DNA from: an uncultured Candidatus Pelagibacter sp.
GTDB taxonomy: Bacteria; Pseudomonadota; Alphaproteobacteria; Paracaedibacterales; CAIOTO01
NCBI GenBank assembly: GCA_964415115.1
Contig: CAYPYB010000006.1
Coordinates: 16,325 to 80,324 of the forward strand
DNA: 64,000 nucleotides
Direction of reading: 5' to 3'
Both the position numbers and the translations under genes were made by a program. This document shows positions 9,812-18,312 of this stretch, piece after piece. The notes below the pieces were generated by a model. That model had not been told where the DNA came from. It made no database searches and saw only the letters and a program-made list of their open reading frames with translations. The stretch's first letter is position 1, and every line of letters begins with the position of its first letter.

Positions 9812-10810
9812 ATGGAACTATTTCTAAACCAATCAGGAATGCCCGTTATTTTTGCTATTCTTATGGGAATTGCAATTTTGGCCTATGTTATTTTAGATGG
9901 TTACGATTTAGGTTGTGGATTACTTACTTTCTTTGCCGATAAGTCAGAAAAACATACGATTATGCGAACCATTGCACCCTTTTGGGATGCGAATGAAACT
10001 TGGCTAGTCCTTGGTGTTGGGCTTTTATTAGTGGCGTTTCCTCACGCACACGGTATTATTCTATCCAATTTATATTTACCCATATTTTTCATGCTGATAG
10101 GTTTAGTTCTAAGAGGTGTGGCCTTTGACTTCAGACTTAAAGGAGATCCTGAATACAATACCCTTTGGGAGAAAGTTTTTGGTTGTGGATCCCTGCTTAC
10201 AGTCATGTCACAAGGCTATATCTTAGGCTCCTATATTCTAGGCTTTAAATTCACATCTTATAGTATTTTTTTCAGTTTACTCACGGGATGCTTTTTAAGT
10301 ATGGGATATGTCCTATTAGGATCTTGTTGGTTAATTATGAAAACAGAAGGTCCTTTACAAAATAAAAGCTATTCCTGGGCCTTAAAAAGTTTATGGATTA
10401 CAGGCTTAGGACTTGCCTCCATATCGTTATTCACACCTTGGTTCAGCAATAGAATATTTGAAAAATGGTTTCAATTTCCCAATATTATCTATCTATCACC
10501 ACTACCTGTACTCAGTTTAATAATCTTTATTTTTGTGCATTATAAAATTCTTCAACTCAAAAAACACGGGTCCAAAACATGCGGTTCGCCCTTTATAGGT
10601 TCAGCCCTATTATTTATTACAGCATTTTTAGGCCTTGCTTATAGTTTTTTCCCTTACCTTATTCCAGAATCAATGACTATCTGGCAAGCAGCAAGCGACA
10701 TAAAATCACTACAAGTTATTCTTTGGGGTGCACTAGCGATATTACCCTTTATCTTTGGATATACTATATATGTCTATCGCATATTTTGGGGGAAAATCAC
10801 GTCTGAATAG
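9812..10810 (+). CDS. cydB: Cytochrome bd-type ubiquinol oxidase subunit II
   Basis: The N-terminus ...ILDGYDLGCGLL...IAPFWDANETWLV matches CydB/CioB, and eight or more hydrophobic segments follow. A GAGGA Shine-Dalgarno lies upstream. Confidence 0.85.
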   Translation: MELFLNQSGMPVIFAILMGIAILAYVILDGYDLGCGLLTFFADKSEKHTIMRTIAPFWDANETWLVLGVGLLLVAFPHAHGIILSNLYLPIFFMLIGLVLRGVAFDFRLKGDPEYNTLWEKVFGCGSLLTVMSQGYILGSYILGFKFTSYSIFFSLLTGCFLSMGYVLLGSCWLIMKTEGPLQNKSYSWALKSLWITGLGLASISLFTPWFSNRIFEKWFQFPNIIYLSPLPVLSLIIFIFVHYKILQLKKHGSKTCGSPFIGSALLFITAFLGLAYSFFPYLIPESMTIWQAASDIKSLQVILWGALAILPFIFGYTIYVYRIFWGKITSE

Positions 10811-10961
10811 ATTTTGGTGAAAGATAATAAATAATCTTTACTTTTGTTTAGATTAATATCTGCGTGTGGAAAAAAACACCATATTTTTTTAAATGAGGTA
10901 TTTTTTTGTTCATCTATGAAATTTTGAAGATGAACCTTACTCTGTGTTTTTTATTTTTTAT

Positions 10962-11150
10962 TCACTTTGATATGCTCTCATTATTATCCAACACACCGAA
11001 ACAAACACGTTGCCTTTGTTGTTTATATAATAAAATAGTCTCATTCAATTGTTCTTCGTATAACTTTAAACGTTTTTCATCTATCACAGCATCAAGATAT
11101 TCAGCAGGTTGCCCCTCACACATGTTAGGGTGAACTACCAGAGTCGACAT
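10962..11150 (-). CDS. Hypothetical small protein (62 aa)
   Basis: This is an open frame with ordinary charged/helical composition. Its ATG overlaps the stop of a 44-aa upstream ORF (TAATAATG). I recognise no family. Confidence 0.3.
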   Translation of the reverse strand: MSTLVVHPNMCEGQPAEYLDAVIDEKRLKLYEEQLNETILLYKQQRQRVCFGVLDNNESISK

Positions 11151-11416
11151 TATTATTGGTTATCTAATTCAGACATTTTTTTTATTAAATCAGGATTTTC
11201 CACTGTTTTAAATTGATCCATTTGTGAAGCATCAGCAACAAAAGGGATCACACATGACAATAATAAGAATCTGCAATTAAATTGCATAATTCATAACCTA
11301 TATATTTATGAAAGATATGATAAAAAAAGTGATTATATAAATACAAATAATTTTTTTGATGTCTCATAAACATCATATCTTAACAAATTAAGCCTTCCTG
11401 AACTTCTTAATCGTTT

Positions 11417-11432
11417 TGGCACATTTTTTGCA
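11417..11432 (+). promoter_or_regulatory. Sigma-54 (RpoN) -24/-12 promoter upstream of the flgJ-flgK-flgL operon
   Basis: TGGCACatttTTTGCA is an exact match to TGGCAC-N5-TTGCA (GG-N10-GC). It ends 36 nt before the flgJ-like ATG. Confidence 0.6.
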
Positions 11433-11467
11433 TTAATCTTAATAGACCAAGATATCGTGCAATTTAC

Positions 11468-11806
11468 ATGTCATATAATGCTGCTTCCCCTTTACAAAGT
11501 TCACTACCCCTTCAATTGATGGGTAAAAAATATATTTCTGAAGATCAAAAACAAGAAAGTTTAAAAAAAACGGCTATTGAATTTGAAGAAATGTATCTCA
11601 AGCATTTTTTTAAACATATTATTCCCAAAGATCGTGAAAAATCCTTTTCAGATAAATCTCAAAGTGAAGACATGTATAAATCACTCTGGATTGACTTCAT
11701 AGCAAAACATGTCGCAGAAAATGGGGGTATTGGAGTTGCAAAGTTTGTATTAAAACAACTGAAGAAAAACCAACAAAATGGACATGACTATGACATCACC
11801 GTTTGA
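11468..11806 (+). CDS. flgJ: Flagellar rod-binding protein (FlgJ N-terminal domain only, no muramidase)
   Basis: AIEFEEMYLKHFFKHI...MYKSLWIDFIAKHVAENGGIGVAK matches the Rod-binding domain. The short single-domain form is typical of alphaproteobacteria. Confidence 0.7.
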   Translation: MSYNAASPLQSSLPLQLMGKKYISEDQKQESLKKTAIEFEEMYLKHFFKHIIPKDREKSFSDKSQSEDMYKSLWIDFIAKHVAENGGIGVAKFVLKQLKKNQQNGHDYDITV

Positions 11807-12272
11807 AATTCAAAATTTTGGTCAAAACACTAAACGATCATTTCAAGAATGGCTCATCGAATACGAAGTCACTATTGAAAAACTTACCCATATTATGAAT
11901 ACAGAAAACAAACATATTGCTCAATTGGATTCTATTCGATCATTATATGCCGACCAGGTCGACTTAAAATCTAAAAAAATAGAATTGTTTAACTATTTTG
12001 AAATAATGTGTGAAGAATTCGTACAATCACCACATTGGAAGAAAGATTTTCCACAATATTATGAAAAATGGAAAATATTGCATGATCGGTTTTCAAAAAC
12101 TTTGCAAGAAAATGCCTTTCATCTGGATATGGCAGAAACACTTAACATGGAAATTCTGGAACTGTTCACTAAAGCATCTCAATCTTTACAACCTCATAAG
12201 TATAATAATAAAGGATCACGTAAACCTTCCTATACCTCCTCTGCACTCTCCACTTTTCATCAATCCATATAG
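11778..12272 (+). CDS. Hypothetical protein in the flgJ-flgK operon (position of a FlgN-type export chaperone)
   Basis: This 164-aa helical ORF overlaps the flgJ stop and ends 11 nt before flgK. The FlgN idea rests on position and size only. Confidence 0.35.
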   Translation: MDMTMTSPFEIQNFGQNTKRSFQEWLIEYEVTIEKLTHIMNTENKHIAQLDSIRSLYADQVDLKSKKIELFNYFEIMCEEFVQSPHWKKDFPQYYEKWKILHDRFSKTLQENAFHLDMAETLNMEILELFTKASQSLQPHKYNNKGSRKPSYTSSALSTFHQSI

Positions 12273-12283
12273 AAAGATAAAAA

Positions 12284-14152
12284 ATGGCTGTACAACTGTA
12301 TTCATCGGGTAGTTCAGTACTCAAATCAGCACTTCAAGCAGGACATACCAAAGCTGAAACTGCAAGGCTTAATCTTTCTGGCATGAAATCTGAAGGATAC
12401 GTTGCGCGCGAAGCACGTGAATCTTCCATTGATGTAAACGGTGTTACAGGTGTGGAGATCAGACAAAGAGTCAGTGAATCACTAATGGGAAGGATACGCT
12501 CGCAAAATAATAAAGTTGCCGCAAGCAAAGTGAATGACCAATATAGCCAGAAAATGTCTAATCTGTTTGGAAAAAAGGGATCAAAAGACACACTAGCTCA
12601 CTCAGGACGCGAAATTTTTGATATTTCTAAGTTACTCTCGACATCTCCACAAGATACATCTCTGAAAGTAAAACTGATTAATAGTTTTCAAAAACATATT
12701 TCTAAAATGAATACACAAGCACAAAACATACAATCCCTTCGACAAGAAACAGAAATGGACACAAGAGAAGCTATTGATCAAATCAATACGTTACTCACAG
12801 AAATTGCAGAACATAATAAAAATATTTCAACACATAATTACAAAGGAGATAATAGTTCTCTTGATTATATCGACAAAAGACGTGTTGCTTTACAAAAATT
12901 ATCTAGTTTTATCGCCATAGATGAATCAGCCTTTAACATAATGGATCGTCATAATCTAGAAGTCAAAGATATCAACGGAAATTCATTAGTTCAAAATGAT
13001 AGACATGCATCTTTTTCGATGAATAAAACATATTTCTTTCATGCTCAAACCCAAGGAGGAAATATATTTTACAAATCACTTTCTGGACGAGAAATTAATT
13101 ATAGTGATGAACTTCAAAAAGTTGATCAAGAAGGTGCTCTAAAACGACTCACTGATTTGAGAGATCAAATATTACCTAAAATGCAGCAGCAATTAGATAG
13201 CTATGCATCAAGCTTTATGGATCAATTCAATGCCCAACATAACAAAGGAATTGGATTATCTTTATCCGATAAGTTATTCAGTTCAACGACTATTCCAGAT
13301 TATAATTCTGAAACTGGAGTTGCAACTCTTAGTAGAGAAAGCATTCTTTCCGGACAAGGGACTTTACGTTTAAATATACTCGATCAAAACTCAAAACAAC
13401 TTAAAGGATTTCTAGATATAGAACTCACGGACAATATGTCAATAGGTGGAATAATCAACCAAATAAATTCTTCAAAATTTGCCACAGATTTTGGTGTTAC
13501 GGCTGAAATGAATAGCGATGGCCAATTTGTGTTACAAACAACATATCCTAATGGAGGATTATCTCTATCATCCGGGCAAACAGGCATTGAACCCCTCATC
13601 ACTTCTGGTGAAATTTTTAATTCCTCAAAAAACTATGGTGTTTCTCATTTTTTTGGATTTAATAATTTATTTGAATCTTCCAAATATTCCTTAGGTCAAA
13701 ATACCGATGGTATTTCAGAAAGTATTACGTTAAAAAATGATATTAGAAACGATTATCAAAAACTTGCTTGTGGCCATTTAACACCAAATACAGGAATCAA
13801 TAGCATTGCACTAGAAATTGGAGATTTAAGAAACCTTGAAGTTATGTCATCTTTATTTTCTGCGAACATTGAATTTAAATCAAACTCTTTGATTTCAAGA
13901 GAAGTTACAACACTTGAACACTATAGTGAATCTTCTATCACATTTGCTGTTTCTTTTCAGGTTGAAGCAACCAATTCTTTAAAAAAAGAAGAATTCTTGA
14001 TGGAGGGACTTTCTTGTCAAGCCAAAGATATTTCTGGTGTTGATCAACAAAAAGAATTACAAAACCTTGTAGAAATCACAACACATATCACTTACTTAAT
14101 CAAAGCTATGAAGTTACTGAATGACATGTATAAACTCATTATAGAATTATAG
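12284..14152 (+). CDS. flgK: Flagellar hook-associated protein 1
   Basis: The N-terminal rod/hook-type helix (SALQAGHTKAETARLNLSGMKSEGYVAREA) parallels the FlgK NIAN..T.GY.R region. The size of 622 aa and position before flgL fit, but the sequence is divergent. Confidence 0.7.
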   Translation: MAVQLYSSGSSVLKSALQAGHTKAETARLNLSGMKSEGYVAREARESSIDVNGVTGVEIRQRVSESLMGRIRSQNNKVAASKVNDQYSQKMSNLFGKKGSKDTLAHSGREIFDISKLLSTSPQDTSLKVKLINSFQKHISKMNTQAQNIQSLRQETEMDTREAIDQINTLLTEIAEHNKNISTHNYKGDNSSLDYIDKRRVALQKLSSFIAIDESAFNIMDRHNLEVKDINGNSLVQNDRHASFSMNKTYFFHAQTQGGNIFYKSLSGREINYSDELQKVDQEGALKRLTDLRDQILPKMQQQLDSYASSFMDQFNAQHNKGIGLSLSDKLFSSTTIPDYNSETGVATLSRESILSGQGTLRLNILDQNSKQLKGFLDIELTDNMSIGGIINQINSSKFATDFGVTAEMNSDGQFVLQTTYPNGGLSLSSGQTGIEPLITSGEIFNSSKNYGVSHFFGFNNLFESSKYSLGQNTDGISESITLKNDIRNDYQKLACGHLTPNTGINSIALEIGDLRNLEVMSSLFSANIEFKSNSLISREVTTLEHYSESSITFAVSFQVEATNSLKKEEFLMEGLSCQAKDISGVDQQKELQNLVEITTHITYLIKAMKLLNDMYKLIIEL

Positions 14153-14167
14153 AAATAAGGATACATC

Positions 14168-15127
14168 ATGCCTATTGATTATATAAACTCATCTTCATCA
14201 TCACTGTTTAGCTCAACCAGACAGATTGATCTAAAAAATGAAAAAAGTATGGTTAATGAACAACAAAAACAATCACAGATACTTTCTACAGATAAAGGTT
14301 CTCATTCTTATGCCGACACTCTCGATCCTGGTGAATATATTCATACCGAAATAAATATTGATACACTTCAAATCCTTAAACGAGGTTCTGATGTTTTAAA
14401 AAGTCGTTTCACATTTATGCAACAACAAACAACCCAAGCCAAAGAAGTGGCTGAAAAATTAAAAACAGCAATTATGCAATACAGTTCGTTTGATGGCGCT
14501 GCTAACTTAAGAGTATTTAGTAATACTGTCAATGGATGCTTAGGTGAATTAACACGTGTATTAAATGTAGGTGATGGTAGATTTTCTACATTTGCTGGGC
14601 CAGCATTGGATAGAAAATCAGTTGTAGACCTCACAACTTTACCACTTATAGATACGAATTCGCCCATATCCACAGACTACTTCCAAGGAAACACATCATC
14701 TCTAGAGATCGACATTCATTCCTATGAAATTAATGTTTATCCGGCAAATGGTGCCGATCCCTTTTTTGAAAAAATCATACACGCTTGCAGACTTGCGCAA
14801 GTATTTTCAAGTGGTGAAACTATTGATGACAAAAGAGAAATTTTAAACAAATGTCAAAATTTAGTCGATTCTGCTTTAAATTTTGAGTATCTGAGCATCA
14901 CACAAAAAATTGGAGATGAAATTACAAAAGTCAACGAACTAGACAACATACTTATTGATGCAGAATTTACTGAACAATCAAAATTAGAAACGATAAACAA
15001 CCAAGACAAGTTGATAGCAATGATACGTTATCAAGAACTTGAATCATCACGCGTCATTCTCAACAACCTTATGATGCAAACAGCACGCATGGATAGAGAA
15101 TTTGCAGATACTATCAGTCGAATGTAG
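14168..15127 (+). CDS. flgL: Flagellar hook-associated protein 3 (flagellin-like junction protein)
   Basis: It lies directly after flgK. It has a flagellin-N-like start (SLFSSTRQIDLKNEKSMVNEQQKQSQILS...YAD) and a helical C-terminus. The sequence is divergent. Confidence 0.55.
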   Translation: MPIDYINSSSSSLFSSTRQIDLKNEKSMVNEQQKQSQILSTDKGSHSYADTLDPGEYIHTEINIDTLQILKRGSDVLKSRFTFMQQQTTQAKEVAEKLKTAIMQYSSFDGAANLRVFSNTVNGCLGELTRVLNVGDGRFSTFAGPALDRKSVVDLTTLPLIDTNSPISTDYFQGNTSSLEIDIHSYEINVYPANGADPFFEKIIHACRLAQVFSSGETIDDKREILNKCQNLVDSALNFEYLSITQKIGDEITKVNELDNILIDAEFTEQSKLETINNQDKLIAMIRYQELESSRVILNNLMMQTARMDREFADTISRM

Positions 15128-15155
15128 AATAAGTTTTATGGATGGCGAATAGTTG

Positions 15156-16541
15156 TCAATCTGTTGAAAAGTTATAACCAGAACCTATAAAAAGCATATC
15201 ATCTTCACTTGTATTAAGATTAATAATATTTTGTACAATGCTGTATATTCTATTATAATATTCATCCCCGGAACATGCACCTGATATACGTATAACTTTG
15301 CCAACTTTTCTAAAAATATTTGTCCGCATCCAACTCAGACCATTGATTTCAACATCTATTGTTGGCCCATGAATATTTTGTGTAAAATGATAATAACCAT
15401 CACATTCAACAATGATAACTCTTTTAGTTATTTTATGAGTCAAATAAAAATCAATTTCACAGCCTAAATCTGGGTGACGATAATTTCTTTTAATATCATA
15501 GTCTTTAGATAGTTTTTGAATTTCTTTATCAACAAGATTCTCGAATCCTGAAGCAGATGTTGATGACTTATATTTTTGATACGGTTTTACCCCCAACATC
15601 AACTTTTGTTGGAATTTTAAAAAAGGGGATGGCATGTGAAATGACCAGTCCAACAAATTATTTAAGGTAATGCCTTTTGCTTCTGTTTGACATATTAAAT
15701 CATTCAATAAAGAAACATACAAATTGGTTGAGTTAATAACGGATGTTCTTAAAGGAAATAGATCGAAAAAATCTTTTTTTCGTCTAGCAGAACAATATAC
15801 TTGATATAAACCTTCTAGTTTTATGATGGAAGCATCGCAAGGGAATTCTCTATTTTCTTGATCAAACTCTTTTCTGATCTTAGTATATTCTGACCCTTTC
15901 ATCATGTTATAAGCCATAATAGTAGAGGTCAAAATTTCGATTTTTTGTCTATCTTCGTCTTGAGATTGTATTGTAATATTTTGATTATTGATGATCTGCC
16001 CTAAATGTTTATGAAATTCAAAACCTACATGTTGAAATTGACAAACATTTCTGCAACCTGGCGCATACTGACAAGATAACATAGCAAAAAATAAACGCGT
16101 ATAATCTAAATCGGATACAGAGTCACCCGCCCAAAAACAATATTCTAACGCATCAAATAAATAGTGATTCGAAAAATCACATTCAGAAAGAGCTACTGCA
16201 CATGCAACGCTATTTTGAAAATCCTTTAAATTATACCTATCCGTTACAAGATTGCTATAGATCATAGACGAAACTTGTTCCAGTCTTCGTTTTGAACCTT
16301 CACCCAAAGGAATAATATGCTTTTTTTCTTGTTTGTATGTGGCGTATGTAGAATGAAACGCTTTTACAAATACTAACTGATCCCTTGCAGAATGTGTGGC
16401 AACTGGTGCCTCGATCCAACCTCTATTTTTATGATTCATCAAACTATCTGTATCTGCATAATTTTGTAAGTTTGCGGAATAAAGAATCGTTGAATTCCAT
16501 AAGAGTGCTATCAAAATACAAATTTTTTTCAAACTTTTCAT
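15156..16541 (-). CDS. Secreted hypothetical protein with C-terminal RAP/DUF559-like (Vsr-type PD-(D/E)XK) domain
   Basis: It has a Sec signal (MKSLKKICILIALLWNSTILYSA). The C-terminus reads SGFENLVDKEIQKL...CEIDFYL...RVIIVECDGYYHF...MRTNIFRKVGKVIRI. Confidence 0.55.
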   Translation of the reverse strand: MKSLKKICILIALLWNSTILYSANLQNYADTDSLMNHKNRGWIEAPVATHSARDQLVFVKAFHSTYATYKQEKKHIIPLGEGSKRRLEQVSSMIYSNLVTDRYNLKDFQNSVACAVALSECDFSNHYLFDALEYCFWAGDSVSDLDYTRLFFAMLSCQYAPGCRNVCQFQHVGFEFHKHLGQIINNQNITIQSQDEDRQKIEILTSTIMAYNMMKGSEYTKIRKEFDQENREFPCDASIIKLEGLYQVYCSARRKKDFFDLFPLRTSVINSTNLYVSLLNDLICQTEAKGITLNNLLDWSFHMPSPFLKFQQKLMLGVKPYQKYKSSTSASGFENLVDKEIQKLSKDYDIKRNYRHPDLGCEIDFYLTHKITKRVIIVECDGYYHFTQNIHGPTIDVEINGLSWMRTNIFRKVGKVIRISGACSGDEYYNRIYSIVQNIINLNTSEDDMLFIGSGYNFSTD

Positions 16542-16568
16542 ACTATCTTCTTCAAAATAAAATTAATA

Positions 16569-17990
16569 TTACATTCCTGCAATTCGTTTTATGGTATTTT
16601 TATTTGTATCATTAATACTATTAGAATCTAGTAATTTCCGTATAGCGTTATTGAAATGGTTAAATATAGTTATCAATTGGTTAGAAGTTAGTTTTGTCAT
16701 GTCCTTTTTTAAAACATATTTATGAGATCCACTTGGATTTTTTTCATTAAATCCAAACCACTCATTCACACTAATCAAACTTTCGCCTTCTTTTGCATTC
16801 CTACCCTTATACACTAAATCTATCAATTTCTTCATATTTTCGAAAGTGATACCAGGCTGAATAGGTTGGGAAACAATAGTATTATTATGCATAGCATTTT
16901 GATGTGGCTGCCAATAAATAATATAAGAAAACGGCGTAGGATCTACATAAACCTTGTAGTAAGTCAATTGAACAGAAGGACTACCTATATTAATTAATGC
17001 CCAAATATCTTGCATAGGATGCAAAGCCATATAACGCATAATCTGTGCTGTTTTACGTTTTAATGAAGCATTACTTCCTTGAGAATTCAGTAGTTTTTGG
17101 AATGTAGAATAATAATCTGAAGCAAATCTACTCACAAGTTTGTTTGCGTCTCCTGTTTTATATTTTGATTCAGTTAAGATAAGTCTTGTCGGCTGGTCTG
17201 TATCTTGGGGGATGTAGGCGCCATCATATGTTCCATGATGTTCGTCTTCGTTCTTGACAGATAACTTGCATTTAATATTTTCACCAATCAAGCACAATGT
17301 AACGGCTAATTCACCTAAAATGCCTTTCTCTGAATTTCTATCATAATTCAGTAATTTCAAACCATCTCTTTCCAAATGATTTTCTGTTGCTTGAATTGTA
17401 TGATTTCTAAGTTGCATAAAAGACGTATTATACGCAGATCTTCTGATCACACATTTTGCTACAAATTCATCTGGAATAAGATGGTCCATTGTTGAAGAAT
17501 AAGTATTTTGAAAAGCCATATCATAAAAATAAACTGGCGCACCCCAAATATACAATTCACCTTTTTTCTCAACTATATACCTGTGTTTGTGAGCACTTTT
17601 ACTTTCCATGCTATCATCATAATATATGGAACTCGGGTAAGTCACAGGATCTGGTAATAGTGTATGGGTATGTATGAAAGAGCTTGACAAAAGTGTACCT
17701 ACAAATTCATTGTCATCAAGTATAACTTCACCATTAGATTTAACAGATAAAATTGAATGCTGCTGATTTCGACCAGAAGTCCTAACTGAATACCAGACAT
17801 CTTCTGCTAAATTATAATAATAGCTAATCCTTAAAAACTGTTTTTGAATAGTGTCAAACTCTACAACACGTATACCCTTTATATTGCAATTTTTAAATGT
17901 AAAAACATCTACATCTGTGACACAAGAAAATAGATCATTGGATAAAATTTTTAAGAAAAAAGATAAAAAAACAACATTACGAAATTTCAT
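16569..17990 (-). CDS. Secreted hypothetical protein with internal E..D..ExK nuclease-like signature
   Basis: It has a signal-like N-terminus (MKFRNVVFLSFFLKILS) and an AAGGA Shine-Dalgarno 8 nt upstream. The central segment reads GILGELAVTLCLIGE...YDGAYI...RLILTESKYK. Confidence 0.5.
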   Translation of the reverse strand: MKFRNVVFLSFFLKILSNDLFSCVTDVDVFTFKNCNIKGIRVVEFDTIQKQFLRISYYYNLAEDVWYSVRTSGRNQQHSILSVKSNGEVILDDNEFVGTLLSSSFIHTHTLLPDPVTYPSSIYYDDSMESKSAHKHRYIVEKKGELYIWGAPVYFYDMAFQNTYSSTMDHLIPDEFVAKCVIRRSAYNTSFMQLRNHTIQATENHLERDGLKLLNYDRNSEKGILGELAVTLCLIGENIKCKLSVKNEDEHHGTYDGAYIPQDTDQPTRLILTESKYKTGDANKLVSRFASDYYSTFQKLLNSQGSNASLKRKTAQIMRYMALHPMQDIWALINIGSPSVQLTYYKVYVDPTPFSYIIYWQPHQNAMHNNTIVSQPIQPGITFENMKKLIDLVYKGRNAKEGESLISVNEWFGFNEKNPSGSHKYVLKKDMTKLTSNQLITIFNHFNNAIRKLLDSNSINDTNKNTIKRIAGM

Positions 17991-18312
17991 ACTATTATCC
18001 TTGTTTTATAATGGTAAATTACATTATTTTAATATTTCAAAGTCTATATACAATATCTCTTTAAACACAAGATAATCAAGATTATTTATCTTTCATGAAA
18101 TAATCTTTTATTATTTGAATTGACAGATTAAATCCGATATAATGCAAAAAAGGTAATTCATTTTTTATAAATATCTACATGAAAAAACATAGTTTGTATG
18201 ATCTGAAAAAAAAATGCGCTAATCGCAATAAAATACCCTCTGGGCAGCGGATCAAACAGATGTTTAAACCCTTCTTGTATATTTTATTAACTTATTCAAT
18301 TGTAAAGCTATT

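Noticed and set aside
9944-9951. GCCGATAA, the sigma-28 (FliA) -10 consensus
   Set aside because: It lies inside the cydB coding sequence, no TAAA -35 element sits at the required 15-nt spacing, and no flagellar gene lies downstream.
12010-12312. 100-aa plus-strand ORF in an alternative frame
   Set aside because: It overlaps the flgN-position ORF and the flgK start and has an odd composition (W/C/H/I-rich). It is most likely a frame artefact of AT-rich sequence.
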